DNA from: Candidatus Saccharimonadota bacterium
GTDB taxonomy: Bacteria; Pseudomonadota; Gammaproteobacteria; Enterobacterales; Enterobacteriaceae
DNA: 32,000 bases
Direction: 5' to 3'
Assembly (NCBI RefSeq): GCF_004296515.1
Contig: NZ_AP018160.1
Coordinates: 90,001 to 122,000, forward strand
The number at the start of each line of letters is the position of its first letter. Position 1 is the stretch's first letter. Made by a program: the position numbers and the translations under genes. Positions 10,625-21,023 of the stretch are shown piece after piece. The notes below the pieces were generated by a model that searched no databases, had not been told where the DNA came from, and saw only the letters and a program-made list of their open reading frames with translations.

Positions 10625-12718
10625 ATGTTAAAAAATACTTTAATTGAAAATTATAGAAATATAGGTATAAGTGCTCATATAGATGCAGGTAAAACAACTG
10701 TTACAGAAAGGATACTATTTTATACTGGTATAAATAGAAAAATAGGTGAAGTTCATCATGGTTGTGCAACTATGGATTGGATGATCCAAGAACAAGAAAG
10801 AGGAATAACTATAACATCTGCTGCAACTACTTGTTTTTGGACAGGTATGTTAAATCAGTTTAAATCTCATAGAATTAATATCATAGATACTCCAGGACAT
10901 GTAGATTTTACAATAGAAGTTGAAAGATCTATGAGAGTACTAGATGGCGCTATTATGGTATATTGTGCTGTTGGTGGTGTTCAACCACAATCCGAAACTG
11001 TTTGGAAACAAGTTAATAAATATTCGATACCTAGAATAGCTTTTGTAAATAAAATGGATAGAATTGGTGCTAATTATTTTAATGTTGTAGATCAAATAAA
11101 AAACAAATTAAATACTATTACTTTACCTATACAAATACCAATAGGATTAGAAGATAAATTTGTTGGTGTTATAGATTTAATAAAAATGAAATCTATTTAT
11201 TGGAATGATTCAGATCAAGGATTAAGTTTTACATATTCTGAAATACCAAATAAATTAAAAGATATATCATATGAATTAAATAAAAATATAATTGAACATT
11301 CTGCTGAATCATCTGAAAAATTATTAGATTTATATTTTAAAAAAGGATATTTAAATGAAATTGAAATAAAATCTGGATTAAAAAAAAGAGTTATAAATAA
11401 TGATATAACATTAGTTATTTGTGGATCTGCTTTTAAAAATAAAGGTATTCAACCTATATTAGATTGTATAATAGATTATCTTCCATCTCCAAATGAAATA
11501 AAAAATATAAAAGGATATTCAAATTCAAAATATAATATTATAGAAGAAAGAGTTCCTAATGATAATTCTCCATTTTCTGCTTTAGCATTTAAAATTTTAT
11601 CTGATCCTTTTGTTGGAAATTTAACATTTTTTAGAGTTTATTCAGGTAAAATTAAATCTGGTGATTATATTCTAAATTCAACTAAAAATATAAAAGAAAG
11701 AATAGGAAGAATAGTTCAAATGCATGCAAATAAAAAAGAAGAAATAAAAGAAGTTAAATCTGGTGATATAGCTGCTGCAATAGGATTAAAAAACATTAAT
11801 ACTGGAGATACATTATGTGATATAAATAATCCTATAATATTAGAAAAAATTGATTTTCCAGAACCAGTAATTTTTATAGCTATAGAACCAAAAACTAAAT
11901 CTGATCAAAAAAAAATGAGTATAGCATTAAATAAATTAACTAAAGAAGATCCTTCTTTTAAAGCAAAAATAAATGAAGAAACCGGTCAAACAATAATATC
12001 AGGTATGGGAGAATTACATTTAGAAATATTAGTAGATAGAATGAAAAGAGAATTTGATGTGGAAGCTAATATAGGTAAACCTCAAGTTGCTTATAGAGAA
12101 ACAATTAAAAGTACTGTTAATCAAGAAGGTAAATATATAAGACAAACTGGGGGTAGAGGACAATATGGTCATGTATGGTTAAAAATAGAACCAAACAATT
12201 CATCAAATTATGAATTTGTTGACAAAATAGTTGGAGGTTCTATACCTAAAGAATATTTATCAGCTATAAATAAAGGAATTCAAGAACAAATGAAAAATGG
12301 TATATTATATGGATATCCTATAGTTAATATAAAAGTTACTTGTTATGACGGATCATATCATGAAGTGGATTCTTCTGAAATAGCATTTAAAATAGCTAGT
12401 TCAATAGCATTTAAGGAAGCATTTTTAAAAGCAAATCCTATTTTATTAGAACCAATAATGAAAGTTGAGATTGAAACTCCTGAAGAATATATAGGAGATG
12501 TAATAGGTGATTTAAATAAAAAAAGAAGTATTATAGATGATGTAATTAATATAGATTTAAATAGTAAAAAAATAATATCGTATACTCCTTTATCTGAGAT
12601 GTTTGGTTATGCAACAGAATTAAGGTCAAAAACTCAAGGTAAAGCTTTTTATTCTATGAAATTTTTTAATTATAAAGAAATTCCTTTAAATATTTCAAAT
12701 AAAATAATAAATAATTAA
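10625..12718 (+). CDS. fusA: Translation elongation factor G
   Basis: G-domain motifs [17 protein letters not shown] and NKMD are present. The protein is 697 aa from ATG 10625 ([15 protein letters not shown]). The ORF-track start at 10589 adds 12 non-homologous residues overlapping rpsG. ATG 10625 lies 1 nt after the rpsG stop and 4 nt after AGGTGG (10615-10620). Confidence 0.96.
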   Translation: MLKNTLIENYRNIGISAHIDAGKTTVTERILFYTGINRKIGEVHHGCATMDWMIQEQERGITITSAATTCFWTGMLNQFKSHRINIIDTPGHVDFTIEVERSMRVLDGAIMVYCAVGGVQPQSETVWKQVNKYSIPRIAFVNKMDRIGANYFNVVDQIKNKLNTITLPIQIPIGLEDKFVGVIDLIKMKSIYWNDSDQGLSFTYSEIPNKLKDISYELNKNIIEHSAESSEKLLDLYFKKGYLNEIEIKSGLKKRVINNDITLVICGSAFKNKGIQPILDCIIDYLPSPNEIKNIKGYSNSKYNIIEERVPNDNSPFSALAFKILSDPFVGNLTFFRVYSGKIKSGDYILNSTKNIKERIGRIVQMHANKKEEIKEVKSGDIAAAIGLKNINTGDTLCDINNPIILEKIDFPEPVIFIAIEPKTKSDQKKMSIALNKLTKEDPSFKAKINEETGQTIISGMGELHLEILVDRMKREFDVEANIGKPQVAYRETIKSTVNQEGKYIRQTGGRGQYGHVWLKIEPNNSSNYEFVDKIVGGSIPKEYLSAINKGIQEQMKNGILYGYPIVNIKVTCYDGSYHEVDSSEIAFKIASSIAFKEAFLKANPILLEPIMKVEIETPEEYIGDVIGDLNKKRSIIDDVINIDLNSKKIISYTPLSEMFGYATELRSKTQGKAFYSMKFFNYKEIPLNISNKIINN

Positions 12719-12740
12719 AATAGTTAATTTATATAAATGA

Positions 12741-12749
12741 TGTTATAAT
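12741..12749 (+). promoter_or_regulatory. Candidate extended -10 promoter element (TGTTATAAT) for the S10-spc-alpha unit
   Basis: Exact match to TGnTATAAT, 38 nt upstream of the rpsJ ATG in the 68-bp fusA-rpsJ spacer. G is rare in the spacers, so this is modestly unexpected. There is no convincing -35. Confidence 0.3.
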
Positions 12750-12786
12750 ATAATTAATTATAAAATTACATTTGTGAATTTTATCT

Positions 12787-13101
12787 ATGATTAATAATAA
12801 AATACGTATTAAATTAAAATCTTTTGATTTTTATTTAATAAATAAATCATCTATGGATATAATTAATACTGTTAAAAGAACTGGATCTTTAATTCGTGGA
12901 CCTGTACCTTTACCTACAAAAATAGAAAAATTTACTATATTAATTTCTCCTAATATTGATAAAAATGCAAGAGATCAATATGAAATTCGTACTTATAAAA
13001 GATTAATAGATATAATTAATCCAACTAATAAAACAGTAGACTCTCTTATGTATTTAAATTTAGATGCAGGAGTGGATGTTAGAATAATATCTAATTTATA
13101 A
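12787..13101 (+). CDS. rpsJ: 30S ribosomal protein S10
   Basis: 104 aa. [49 protein letters not shown] and DAGVDV align along the whole of E. coli S10. Confidence 0.97.
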   Translation: MINNKIRIKLKSFDFYLINKSSMDIINTVKRTGSLIRGPVPLPTKIEKFTILISPNIDKNARDQYEIRTYKRLIDIINPTNKTVDSLMYLNLDAGVDVRIISNL

Positions 13102-13106
13102 TTTAT

Positions 13107-13721
13107 ATGAAATATATAATTGGTAAAAAAGCTGGAATGAGTAGATTATTTTTAGAAAATGGATCTTCTATACCAGTAACTTTAATTTATTTAATAGATA
13201 ATTATATTATTGATATTTATAATAATATTAATAATATTAGTAAATTAAAAATAACTATTAAATCAAATAATAATAAAATAAATAAATCTATTTTAGGAGT
13301 ATTTAAAAAAAATAATATTAAAGTAAATAAAATATGGGAATTTAATAATTTTAATAAATATAAAAATTCTGATATAGGAAATAAAATAGATATTTCTTTT
13401 TTAAAAGATATTAAAAAAGTAGATATAACTGGATATTCTAAGGGTAAAGGATTTTCTGGAGTTATAAAAAGATGGAATTTTAAATCTCAAGATTCTACTC
13501 ATGGTAATTCTTTATCACATAGAGCTCCTGGTTCTATAGGGCAAAATCAAAGTCCTGGAAGAGTATTTAAAAATAAAAAAATGTCAGGTCATTATGGATG
13601 TGTTAAAGTTACAACTAAAAATTTAAAAATTATTGATTTTAATATTAATAATAAAATTTTGGTTATAAAGGGATCATGTTCTGGATTAATAGGAAGTAAT
13701 TTAATAATTAAATCTATATAA
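13107..13721 (+). CDS. rplC: 50S ribosomal protein L3
   Basis: 204 aa. GKKAGMSRLF, KGKGFSGVIKRWNFKSQDSTHGNSLSHRAPGSIGQNQSPGRVFKNKKMSGH match L3. Confidence 0.96.
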   Translation: MKYIIGKKAGMSRLFLENGSSIPVTLIYLIDNYIIDIYNNINNISKLKITIKSNNNKINKSILGVFKKNNIKVNKIWEFNNFNKYKNSDIGNKIDISFLKDIKKVDITGYSKGKGFSGVIKRWNFKSQDSTHGNSLSHRAPGSIGQNQSPGRVFKNKKMSGHYGCVKVTTKNLKIIDFNINNKILVIKGSCSGLIGSNLIIKSI

Positions 13722-13725
13722 ATTA

Positions 13726-14334
13726 ATGGAACTAAGTATTAATGACGATAAATATAATATAAGTTTACTTGATACTGTTTTTAATATAAAATTTAATGAA
13801 TCTTTAATACATCAAGTTTTTACTTCTTATAAATTAAATTCTAAGAAAGGAACTAAATTTAATAAGAATAGATCTAATGTATCTGGTTCAAATAAAAAAC
13901 CTTGGAAACAAAAAGGTACTGGAAAAGCTAGATCTGGAAGTAAAAAAAGTCCTATATGGAGATCTGGTGGTGTAACTTTTGGAAGTCAATTTATTTCGTA
14001 TAAAAAAAAAATAAATAAAAAAATGTATAATTTAGCATGTAAATCTATTTTATCAGAATTTATTCGTAATAATAATATTTTAGTTTTTAATAATTTCTCA
14101 ATAGAAATTTCTAAAACAAAATTATTAATTGAAAAATTAAAAAATTTAAATATAAATAATAATGTTATAATAATAACTCATTTTAAAGATATCAATTTAA
14201 TAAGAGCATCTAATAATTTATATAAAGTAAATATAGAATATATACCAAATATTAATATATTAAATGTAATTAATTTTAGTAAAATAATAATTACAACAGA
14301 ATCAATTAAATACTTAGAAAAAATATTATCATGA
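13726..14334 (+). CDS. rplD: 50S ribosomal protein L4
   Basis: 202 aa. [30 protein letters not shown] matches E. coli L4 [30 protein letters not shown]. The TGA stop overlaps the rplW ATG (ATGA). Confidence 0.96.
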   Translation: [202 protein letters not shown]

Positions 14335-14651
14335 ATTTATGTAAATATTTTGAATGTATAAAATCTATACATTTATCTAAAAAAAGTAAATTTTTAGAAA
14401 AATATAATATTTTAGTTTTAAAAATAGATAAAAATTTTACTAAAAATGATATAAAAAAATCTATATTAAATATTTTTAAAATAAAGGTTAAAAAAATAAA
14501 TATATTAAAAACAAAAAAAAAAATAAAAAGAAATAATAATAATGTTGGATATACCAAAATATATAAAAAAGCATTTATTTTTTTAAATAAAAATGAATAT
14601 ATAAATATAAATAAATTAGAAGATAAATTATATGACATTAATAAAGTATAA
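14331..14651 (+). CDS. rplW: 50S ribosomal protein L23
   Basis: 106 aa. [40 protein letters not shown] and YKKAFIFL align with E. coli L23 [41 protein letters not shown] and WKKAYVTL. Position is canonical. Confidence 0.9.
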
Positions 14652-15441
14652 ACCTACATCTCCAGGAATTCGTCATATGGTTAGATTAAAAAATAAAGAA
14701 CTATATAAAGGAAGACCTATAAAAAGATTAACAAAAATTTTAAACAAAACTGGAGGACGTAATAATAAAGGTAGAATAACTACTAGACATATAGGAGGTC
14801 GTCATAAAAGATTTTATAGAATTATAGATTTTAAAAGAATAGATACAAATGGAATAGTAAGTAGATTTGAATATGATCCAAATAGATCATCAAATATAGC
14901 TTTAATAGTTAATAATAATATTAAAAAATATATATTATTACCAAAAGGATTAAAAATAGGAGATAAAATAGAATCTAATGGTACATCTACATCTGTAGGT
15001 AGTAGTTTATTAATAAGAGATATTCCTGTAGGAAGTAAAATACATAATATTGAATTTAATCCTGGTAAAGGAGGTAAGATATCTAGATCAGCTGGATGTT
15101 ATTCTTCTTTAATATCAAAAAGTAAAAAATATGCTATTTTAAGACTAAAATCTGGTGAAATAAGAAATATAAATTTAAATTGTAGAGCAACAATAGGAGA
15201 AGTTGGTAATTCAGAAAAAGTATTAATATCTTTAGGTAAAGCTGGATCTAATAGATGGAAAGGAGTTAGACCAACTGTTAGAGGAACTGCTATGAATCCT
15301 ATAGATCATCCTCATGGTGGAGGTGAAGGTAAAAATTTTGGTAAACATCCGGTTACTCCTTGGGGAAAATATACAAAAGGTAAAAAAACAAGAAATAATA
15401 AACTAACTGATAAATTAATAATAAAAGCAAGAAATAAATAA
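14632..15441 (+). CDS. rplB: 50S ribosomal protein L2
   Basis: 269 aa. [42 protein letters not shown] and [18 protein letters not shown] match L2. The start overlaps the rplW 3' end by 20 nt. Confidence 0.97.
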   Translation: MTLIKYKPTSPGIRHMVRLKNKELYKGRPIKRLTKILNKTGGRNNKGRITTRHIGGRHKRFYRIIDFKRIDTNGIVSRFEYDPNRSSNIALIVNNNIKKYILLPKGLKIGDKIESNGTSTSVGSSLLIRDIPVGSKIHNIEFNPGKGGKISRSAGCYSSLISKSKKYAILRLKSGEIRNINLNCRATIGEVGNSEKVLISLGKAGSNRWKGVRPTVRGTAMNPIDHPHGGGEGKNFGKHPVTPWGKYTKGKKTRNNKLTDKLIIKARNK

Positions 15442-15446
15442 TAATT

Positions 15447-15716
15447 ATGTCTAGATCTTTAAAAAAAGGACCATTTATTGATATAAGTTTATTAAAAAAA
15501 ATTGAAAAGTCTTTAAAAAATAAAGATAATAAACCTATAAAAACTTGGTCTAGATGTTCTACTATTTTTCCAAATATGGTAGGATTAACAATTTTAGTTC
15601 ATAATGGTAAAAAACATATACCTGTATTTATATCTAATGATATGGTTGGTCATAAATTAGGTGAGTTTTCACCTACTAGAACATTTAATGGACATGTATT
15701 AAATAAAGAAAAATAA
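15447..15716 (+). CDS. rpsS: 30S ribosomal protein S19
   Basis: 89 aa. [59 protein letters not shown] match S19. Confidence 0.97.
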   Translation: MSRSLKKGPFIDISLLKKIEKSLKNKDNKPIKTWSRCSTIFPNMVGLTILVHNGKKHIPVFISNDMVGHKLGEFSPTRTFNGHVLNKEK

Positions 15717-15719
15717 TAT

Positions 15720-16055
15720 ATGAAAATTATTGCTAAAGGTATTAATATAAGAATTTCAAACAAAAAATTAAAAAATATATCTAATTTTATTTCTAATAAA
15801 AAAGTTTCTTATGTTTTAAATTATTTAACATTCGTATCAAATAAATCTTCTTTTATATTAAAAAAAATTATTAATTCTGCTATTTCTAATGCAGAACATA
15901 ATTTTGGATTAGATATAGATAATTTAAAAATATTAAGTATTTATATAAATAAAGGTCGTTCATTAAAAAGAGTTTCTTTTAGAGCAAAAGGTAAATTAGA
16001 TAATATTATAAAACGTTCAAGTAATATAACTGTTATTTTATCTAATAATTATTAA
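15720..16055 (+). CDS. rplV: 50S ribosomal protein L22
   Basis: 111 aa. Matches include SAISNAEHN, the LKRVSFRAKGKLDNIIKRSSNITV block and canonical position. Confidence 0.92.
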   Translation: MKIIAKGINIRISNKKLKNISNFISNKKVSYVLNYLTFVSNKSSFILKKIINSAISNAEHNFGLDIDNLKILSIYINKGRSLKRVSFRAKGKLDNIIKRSSNITVILSNNY

Positions 16056-16065
16056 ATAATAAAAT

Positions 16066-16698
16066 ATGGGTCAAAAAGTAGATCCTAATATTTTTCGTTT
16101 AGGTATAATAAAAAATTGGAATTCTATATGGATTTTCGATAAAAAAGAATTTGTAAAAAATTTACATAATGATTTTTTAATTAGAAAATATATAGAAAAT
16201 AAACTTAGTAAATCTATGATATCTAATATATTAATAGAAAGATTATCTAATTCTATTAATATATATATACATACATCTAAACCAGGAACTATAATAGGTA
16301 AAAAAGGAGAATATATTGATGAATTAAAAAAAGATATATACAAAATTTCTAATTTATCGATAATAAAAATAAATATAGTAGAAGTAAAAAAACCAAATTT
16401 AAATGCTAAATTAGTTGCTAAAAATATAGCATATCAAATAGAGAAAAGAATTTCATTTAAAAAAGTAATAAAAAAATTTATTCAGTTAATTATTAAGTCT
16501 GGTGCTAAAGGAGTAAAAATTAAAATTAGTGGTAGATTAGGGGGTTCAGAAATAGCAAGAACTGAATGGTATAAAGAAGGTAGAATACCATTACATACAA
16601 TAAGAGCTGATATAGATTATGATTTATCTTTATCTAAAACTACATATGGTATAATAGGAGTTAAAGTTTGGATATTTAAAGGTGAAATATTTAAATAA
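16066..16698 (+). CDS. rpsC: 30S ribosomal protein S3 (shorter C-terminus than E. coli)
   Basis: 210 aa. MGQKVDPNIFRLGI, KPGTIIGKKGEYIDELKK, GAKGVKIKISGRLGGSEIARTEWYKEGRIPLHTIRADIDY match S3. Confidence 0.97.
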   Translation: MGQKVDPNIFRLGIIKNWNSIWIFDKKEFVKNLHNDFLIRKYIENKLSKSMISNILIERLSNSINIYIHTSKPGTIIGKKGEYIDELKKDIYKISNLSIIKINIVEVKKPNLNAKLVAKNIAYQIEKRISFKKVIKKFIQLIIKSGAKGVKIKISGRLGGSEIARTEWYKEGRIPLHTIRADIDYDLSLSKTTYGIIGVKVWIFKGEIFK

Positions 16699-16748
16699 AA
16701 TATGTTAATTATTAATATAATTAATCTGTATATATATTTTTTATAATT

Positions 16749-17162
16749 ATGTTACAACCTAAAAGTACTAAATTTAGAAAAATGCAAAAAGGTAGAAATA
16801 CTGGTTTTATAATTGATTCAAAAATTAGTTTTGGTTTATTTGGATTAATATCAATAAGTAGAGGTTTTATTTCTTCTGCACAAATAGAATCTGCTCGTAA
16901 AGCAATATCTAAATCTATGAAAAGACAAGGAAAATTGTGGATAAGAATATTTCCTGATAAACCTTTAACAAAAAAACCTTTAGAAGTTAGAATGGGAAAG
17001 GGTAAAGGAAATGTAGAAAATTGGGTTTTTGTTACAAAACCAGGATGTATTTTATATGAAATAGATTATATTTCTGAAGAAGTAGCTAGAAAATCATTTA
17101 AATTAGCTTCAGATAAATTACCTGTAAAAACTTTATTTATTATAAAAAATAAATATATTTAA
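16749..17162 (+). CDS. rplP: 50S ribosomal protein L16
   Basis: 137 aa. [68 protein letters not shown] match L16. Confidence 0.97.
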   Translation: MLQPKSTKFRKMQKGRNTGFIIDSKISFGLFGLISISRGFISSAQIESARKAISKSMKRQGKLWIRIFPDKPLTKKPLEVRMGKGKGNVENWVFVTKPGCILYEIDYISEEVARKSFKLASDKLPVKTLFIIKNKYI

Positions 17163-17167
17163 ATTAT

Positions 17168-17341
17168 ATGTGTATAGATAATAAAGAATTATATAATAAA
17201 TTAAATTTATTAATTTTTGAAAAATTTAAATTAAAAATTAAAATAAAAAATAATAATTTTAAAAAAAATCATCTTTTAAGAAAAATTAAAAAAGATATAG
17301 CAAAAATAAATACTTTAATTTCTATTAATAATAAAAAATAA
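17168..17341 (+). CDS. rpmC: 50S ribosomal protein L29 (not in the ORF track; 57 aa)
   Basis: My translation is MCIDNKELYNKLNLLIFEKFKLKIKIKNNNFKKNHLLRKIKKDIAKINTLISINNKK, then TAA. It fits the L29 pattern (EL..L..L..E.F.L..Q......N.H.LR..R.DIARI.T.L). It fills the exact slot between rplP and rpsQ. Confidence 0.85.
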   Translation: MCIDNKELYNKLNLLIFEKFKLKIKIKNNNFKKNHLLRKIKKDIAKINTLISINNKK

Positions 17342-17345
17342 AATA

Positions 17346-17609
17346 ATGAACAATTCTAATAAAAAGGGAATTATAGGTAAAGTTATAAGTGATAGAATGA
17401 ATAAATCTATAATTGTTAAAGTTGAAAAAAAAGTTAAACATAAACTTTATAAAAAATATATAAATAAAATTACTAAATTTTATGTTCATGATGAACTTAA
17501 TTCTTGCAAAATAAATGATTTTGTTTTGATAAAAGAATCTAGACCTATATCTAAAATGAAATCTTGGATTTTTATAAAAAAAATATCTATTAATAATCCT
17601 ATTAAATAA
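17346..17609 (+). CDS. rpsQ: 30S ribosomal protein S17
   Basis: 87 aa. [40 protein letters not shown] and [11 protein letters not shown] match E. coli S17. Confidence 0.95.
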   Translation: MNNSNKKGIIGKVISDRMNKSIIVKVEKKVKHKLYKKYINKITKFYVHDELNSCKINDFVLIKESRPISKMKSWIFIKKISINNPIK

Positions 17610-17610
17610 T

Positions 17611-17979
17611 ATGATTCAAGAAAGAACTATATTATTAGTATCTGATAATTCAGGTGCTAAAAAAGTTATGTGTATAAAAGTTTTAGGTGGATCAAAAAAA
17701 AAATATGCTTATGTAGGAGATATTATAAAAGTAACTGTTAAAGAAATTATTCCTAGAAGTAAAATTAAAAAAGGAGAAATATTTGATGCTGTTATAATAA
17801 GAACAAAAAAAAATATTCATAGATTAAATAAATCTTATATTAAATTTGATAGTAATTCTTGTGTATTAATAAATTCAACAAAAAATCCTATAGGTACTAG
17901 AATATTTGGACCTGTTACTAATGAGTTAAGATATAAAAATTTTTTAAAAATAGTTTCTTTAGCTCCTGAAGTAATATAA
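17611..17979 (+). CDS. rplN: 50S ribosomal protein L14
   Basis: 122 aa. [45 protein letters not shown] and [16 protein letters not shown] match L14. Confidence 0.97.
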   Translation: MIQERTILLVSDNSGAKKVMCIKVLGGSKKKYAYVGDIIKVTVKEIIPRSKIKKGEIFDAVIIRTKKNIHRLNKSYIKFDSNSCVLINSTKNPIGTRIFGPVTNELRYKNFLKIVSLAPEVI

Positions 17980-18004
17980 TTTTTTAATTAATATTTTATT
18001 TTTT

Positions 18005-18316
18005 ATGTCAAAAAAGATTAAAATTAATGATGATGTAATAGTTATAACTGGAAAATACAAAGGTAAAATTGGAAAAATTATTAAATTTGTAAATAATAAT
18101 TATATAATAGTAGATAAAATTAATTTAGTTAAAAAAAGTGTTAAAATCTGTAATAATAATAATAAAAATTTTATTTTAAAAGAATCTAAAATAAATATTT
18201 CTAATGTAGCTTATTTTAATAAAGAAATTAATAAATTAGACAAGATTAAATTTCTTATTATTAATAATAAGAAATTTAGAATATTAAAATCAAATAATAA
18301 AATATTAGATAATTAA
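18005..18316 (+). CDS. rplX: 50S ribosomal protein L24
   Basis: 103 aa. KIKINDDVIVITGKYKGKIGKI, INLVKK, ISNVAYFN and KFRILKSNNK align with E. coli L24 ([46 protein letters not shown]). Confidence 0.9.
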   Translation: MSKKIKINDDVIVITGKYKGKIGKIIKFVNNNYIIVDKINLVKKSVKICNNNNKNFILKESKINISNVAYFNKEINKLDKIKFLIINNKKFRILKSNNKILDN

Positions 18317-18317
18317 A

Positions 18318-18875
18318 ATGAATGAATTATATAAACTATATAAAAATAAAATTATATATGAAATTAAAGATATAATGAATTATTCTTCTATAATGCAAGT
18401 ACCTAAAATTGAAAAAATAACATTAAATATTGGTATAGGTGATGCATTTTATAATAAAAAACTTATGGATAATTCATTAAAAGAATTAGAAAAAATTTCT
18501 TGTCAAAAACCTATTATTACTAAATCTAAAAAATCAATATCTAATTTTAAAATAAGAAAAGGATATCCTATTGGATGTAAAGTAACATTAAGAAATAAAA
18601 TTATGTGGATTTTTATATATAAATTAATTAATATAGCTATACCTAGAATAAGAGATTTTAGAGGTTTATCTTTTAAATCATTTGATAAAAATGGAAATTA
18701 TAATATTGGTATAGATGAACAAATAATATTTCCAGAAATAGATTATAATTTAATAGATAAAATAAAGGGAATGGATATAAATATAAATATAAAATCTAGT
18801 TCTATAAATGAATCATTTTTATTATTAAAAAAATTAAATTTCCCATTTAAAGAAAATATAGATAATGGTAAATAA
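18318..18875 (+). CDS. rplE: 50S ribosomal protein L5
   Basis: 185 aa. MQVPKIEKITLNIGIG, QKPIITKSKKSISNFKIRKGYPIGCKVTLR, PRIRDFRGLS, GNYNIGIDEQIIFPEIDY match L5. Confidence 0.96.
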   Translation: MNELYKLYKNKIIYEIKDIMNYSSIMQVPKIEKITLNIGIGDAFYNKKLMDNSLKELEKISCQKPIITKSKKSISNFKIRKGYPIGCKVTLRNKIMWIFIYKLINIAIPRIRDFRGLSFKSFDKNGNYNIGIDEQIIFPEIDYNLIDKIKGMDININIKSSSINESFLLLKKLNFPFKENIDNGK

Positions 18876-18878
18876 TAA

Positions 18879-19184
18879 ATGTCTAAAAAATCAGTTTTAT
18901 TAAGAGAATATAAAAGAAAAATTATGGTTAATAAATTTTTTAATAAAAGAATGGAATTAAAAAAAAAAATAATTAGTAATTTATATTCTAAAATTGAAAA
19001 ATGGAATTTTATATTAAAATTGCAAAAGTTTCCTAAAAATTCTATTATGTCTAGATTAAGAAATAGATGCATTAATACCGGTAGACCAAGAGGATTTATA
19101 AGAAGGTTTGGATTAAGTAGATTAGAATTAAGAAAATTAGCTGTTAAAGGATTTATACCTGGTTTAAAAAAATCAAGTTGGTAA
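18879..19184 (+). CDS. rpsN: 30S ribosomal protein S14 (long form)
   Basis: 101 aa. RNRCINTGRPRGFIRRFGLSRLELRKLAVKGFIPGLKKSSW matches the E. coli S14 C-terminus almost residue for residue. Confidence 0.97.
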   Translation: MSKKSVLLREYKRKIMVNKFFNKRMELKKKIISNLYSKIEKWNFILKLQKFPKNSIMSRLRNRCINTGRPRGFIRRFGLSRLELRKLAVKGFIPGLKKSSW

Positions 19185-19211
19185 TTTATAAATTATAAAA
19201 GAAATAATATT

Positions 19212-19607
19212 ATGAGCTTTCAAGATCCAATTTCAGATATGTTAACAATAATAAGAAATGGTCAAATTTCTAATAAAAAAAATGTAATTGTATATTTTTC
19301 TAAATTAAAAAATTCTATATTAGATGTATTAAAATATAATAATTTTATATCTGATACTAATATAAAAAAAATAAATAATAATAAATTTATAGAAATATAT
19401 TTAAAATATATAAATAATATACCATATATAAATAAATTAAAAAGAATAAGTAAACCAAGTTTAAGAATTTTTTCTAAAAATAAAGATATAAATAAATTTA
19501 AAATTGAATACGGATTTTTAGTTGTTTCTACTTCTAAAGGAATAATGTTAGATACAGATTTAAGAAAAAATAATTTAGGTGGTGAAATAATGTTTTTTAT
19601 ATCTTAA
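19212..19607 (+). CDS. rpsH: 30S ribosomal protein S8
   Basis: 131 aa. MSFQDPISDMLTIIRNGQ, the ISKPSLRIF block, VVSTSKGIM and GGEIMFFI match S8. Confidence 0.96.
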   Translation: MSFQDPISDMLTIIRNGQISNKKNVIVYFSKLKNSILDVLKYNNFISDTNIKKINNNKFIEIYLKYINNIPYINKLKRISKPSLRIFSKNKDINKFKIEYGFLVVSTSKGIMLDTDLRKNNLGGEIMFFIS

Positions 19608-19619
19608 TAAATTAAATTT

Positions 19620-20174
19620 ATGATTAAAAAAAAATATATAGATAATTTGTGTATAGATATACCTATTAATATTAATGTTAATATAACAAATAATATTTTA
19701 AATATTAGTGGAAATTTAGGTAATATTGATCTTAAGTTTAGTGATTTATTAATAATTAATATTATAGATAATAAAATAATATTAAAAAATAACACACTAA
19801 ATCATAGATATAATAAAAATAATTCTTATATAAAAACAATTTTTTCTATTATAAAAAATAATATTTTTGGTGTTAATTTTGGTTATACTAAAAAATTAAT
19901 TATAGTAGGAGTAGGATATAAATTTAATTTAAATAATGATTTACTAATTATAAATGCTGGTTTTTCTCATGAAATTAAATATAAATTTCCAAATAATATT
20001 AAAATAAATTTATTAAATAATAATGAAATAACTATATTTGGAATAGATAAACAAATTGTCGGTAAAATTGCTTCTATAATAAGAAATTATAAAAAACCAG
20101 AAGTTTATAAAGGTAAAGGAATACGTTATTGTAATGAAAAAATATTAATAAAACAATCTAATAAGAAAAAATAG
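19620..20174 (+). CDS. rplF: 50S ribosomal protein L6
   Basis: 184 aa. GYTKKLIIVGVGYKF, AGFSHEIKYKFP, ITIFGIDKQIVGKIASIIRNYKKPEVYKGKGIRY match L6. Confidence 0.93.
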   Translation: MIKKKYIDNLCIDIPININVNITNNILNISGNLGNIDLKFSDLLIINIIDNKIILKNNTLNHRYNKNNSYIKTIFSIIKNNIFGVNFGYTKKLIIVGVGYKFNLNNDLLIINAGFSHEIKYKFPNNIKINLLNNNEITIFGIDKQIVGKIASIIRNYKKPEVYKGKGIRYCNEKILIKQSNKKK

Positions 20175-20178
20175 TAAT

Positions 20179-20550
20179 ATGAAAAATAAAATAAATAAAT
20201 CTTATAATTTAAAAATAAAAAATATTAGAAAAAAAATAAATAATATAAAATTAAATAGATTATTAATTTATAAAACTTCTAGACATATATATGCACAAAT
20301 ATTTTCTATAGAAAAAAATAATATAGAAGTTTATGCTTCTACAACTGAGAAAAGTATTAATAAATATTTAAAAAATAAAAATATATATACAGGAAATAAA
20401 GAGTCAGCTTGTTTTATAGGGAAAATAATTTCTGAAAGATCTATTAAAAATAATATATTTAAAGTTTTTTTAGATAAATCTGGATTTAGATTTCATGGTA
20501 AAATAAAATGTCTTGTTGAATCAGCTAGAAAAAATGGATTAATTATTTAA
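20179..20550 (+). CDS. rplR: 50S ribosomal protein L18
   Basis: 123 aa. [17 protein letters not shown] and [25 protein letters not shown] match E. coli L18 ([25 protein letters not shown]). Confidence 0.94.
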   Translation: MKNKINKSYNLKIKNIRKKINNIKLNRLLIYKTSRHIYAQIFSIEKNNIEVYASTTEKSINKYLKNKNIYTGNKESACFIGKIISERSIKNNIFKVFLDKSGFRFHGKIKCLVESARKNGLII

Positions 20551-20561
20551 AATATAAATAT

Positions 20562-21023
20562 ATGAATAATTTTATTGAAAAACTAATTTGTATAAATAGA
20601 GTTTCTAAAACTGTTAAAGGAGGACGTATATTTAGTTTTACTGCATTAACAGTTATTGGAAATAATAATGGATCTGTAGGATATGGATATGGAAAATCTA
20701 AAGAAATTCCTGTTGCTATACAAAAATCTATAGAAAAAGCAAAAAATAATATTGTTAATATTATAATAAATAAAAAAACTATTTTATATAGATCTTATGG
20801 TAAATATTTATGCTCTAAAGTATTTATTAAACCTGCCTGTGAAGGAACTGGTATAATAGCAGGAAATGTAATAAGATCTATTTTTGAAGTATCCGGTATA
20901 AAAAATATATTTAGTAAAATATATGGTTCTACTAATCCAATTAATGTAGTTAAAGCTACAATTAATGCTATAAATAATATAAATTTAATTGACTTTATTA
21001 ATAAAAATAGATTAAATAAATGA
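20562..21023 (+). CDS. rpsE: 30S ribosomal protein S5
   Basis: 153 aa. [74 protein letters not shown] match S5. Confidence 0.96.
   Translation: MNNFIEKLICINRVSKTVKGGRIFSFTALTVIGNNNGSVGYGYGKSKEIPVAIQKSIEKAKNNIVNIIINKKTILYRSYGKYLCSKVFIKPACEGTGIIAGNVIRSIFEVSGIKNIFSKIYGSTNPINVVKATINAINNINLIDFINKNRLNK

Noticed and set aside
14306-14638. 110-aa minus-strand ORF covering rplW
   Set aside because: The sense strand encodes a clear L23 homolog in the canonical slot. The antisense product is Phe/Ile/Leu low-complexity.
16071-16343. 90-aa minus-strand ORF inside rpsC
   Set aside because: It is antisense to the conserved S3 N-terminal and KH domains, with no independent support.
16705-16724. Inverted repeat TTAATTAT-TAAT-ATAATTAA in the 50-bp rpsC-rplP spacer
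   Set aside because: An 8-bp A/T-only stem is expected many times by chance at this composition. There is no reason for a terminator in mid-operon.
18743-19072. 109-aa minus-strand ORF spanning the rplE/rpsN junction
   Set aside because: It is antisense to two well-supported r-protein genes and is low-complexity.
19604-19795. 63-aa minus-strand ORF at the rpsH/rplF junction
   Set aside because: It is antisense to the rplF N-terminus, short, hydrophobic and low-complexity, with no support.
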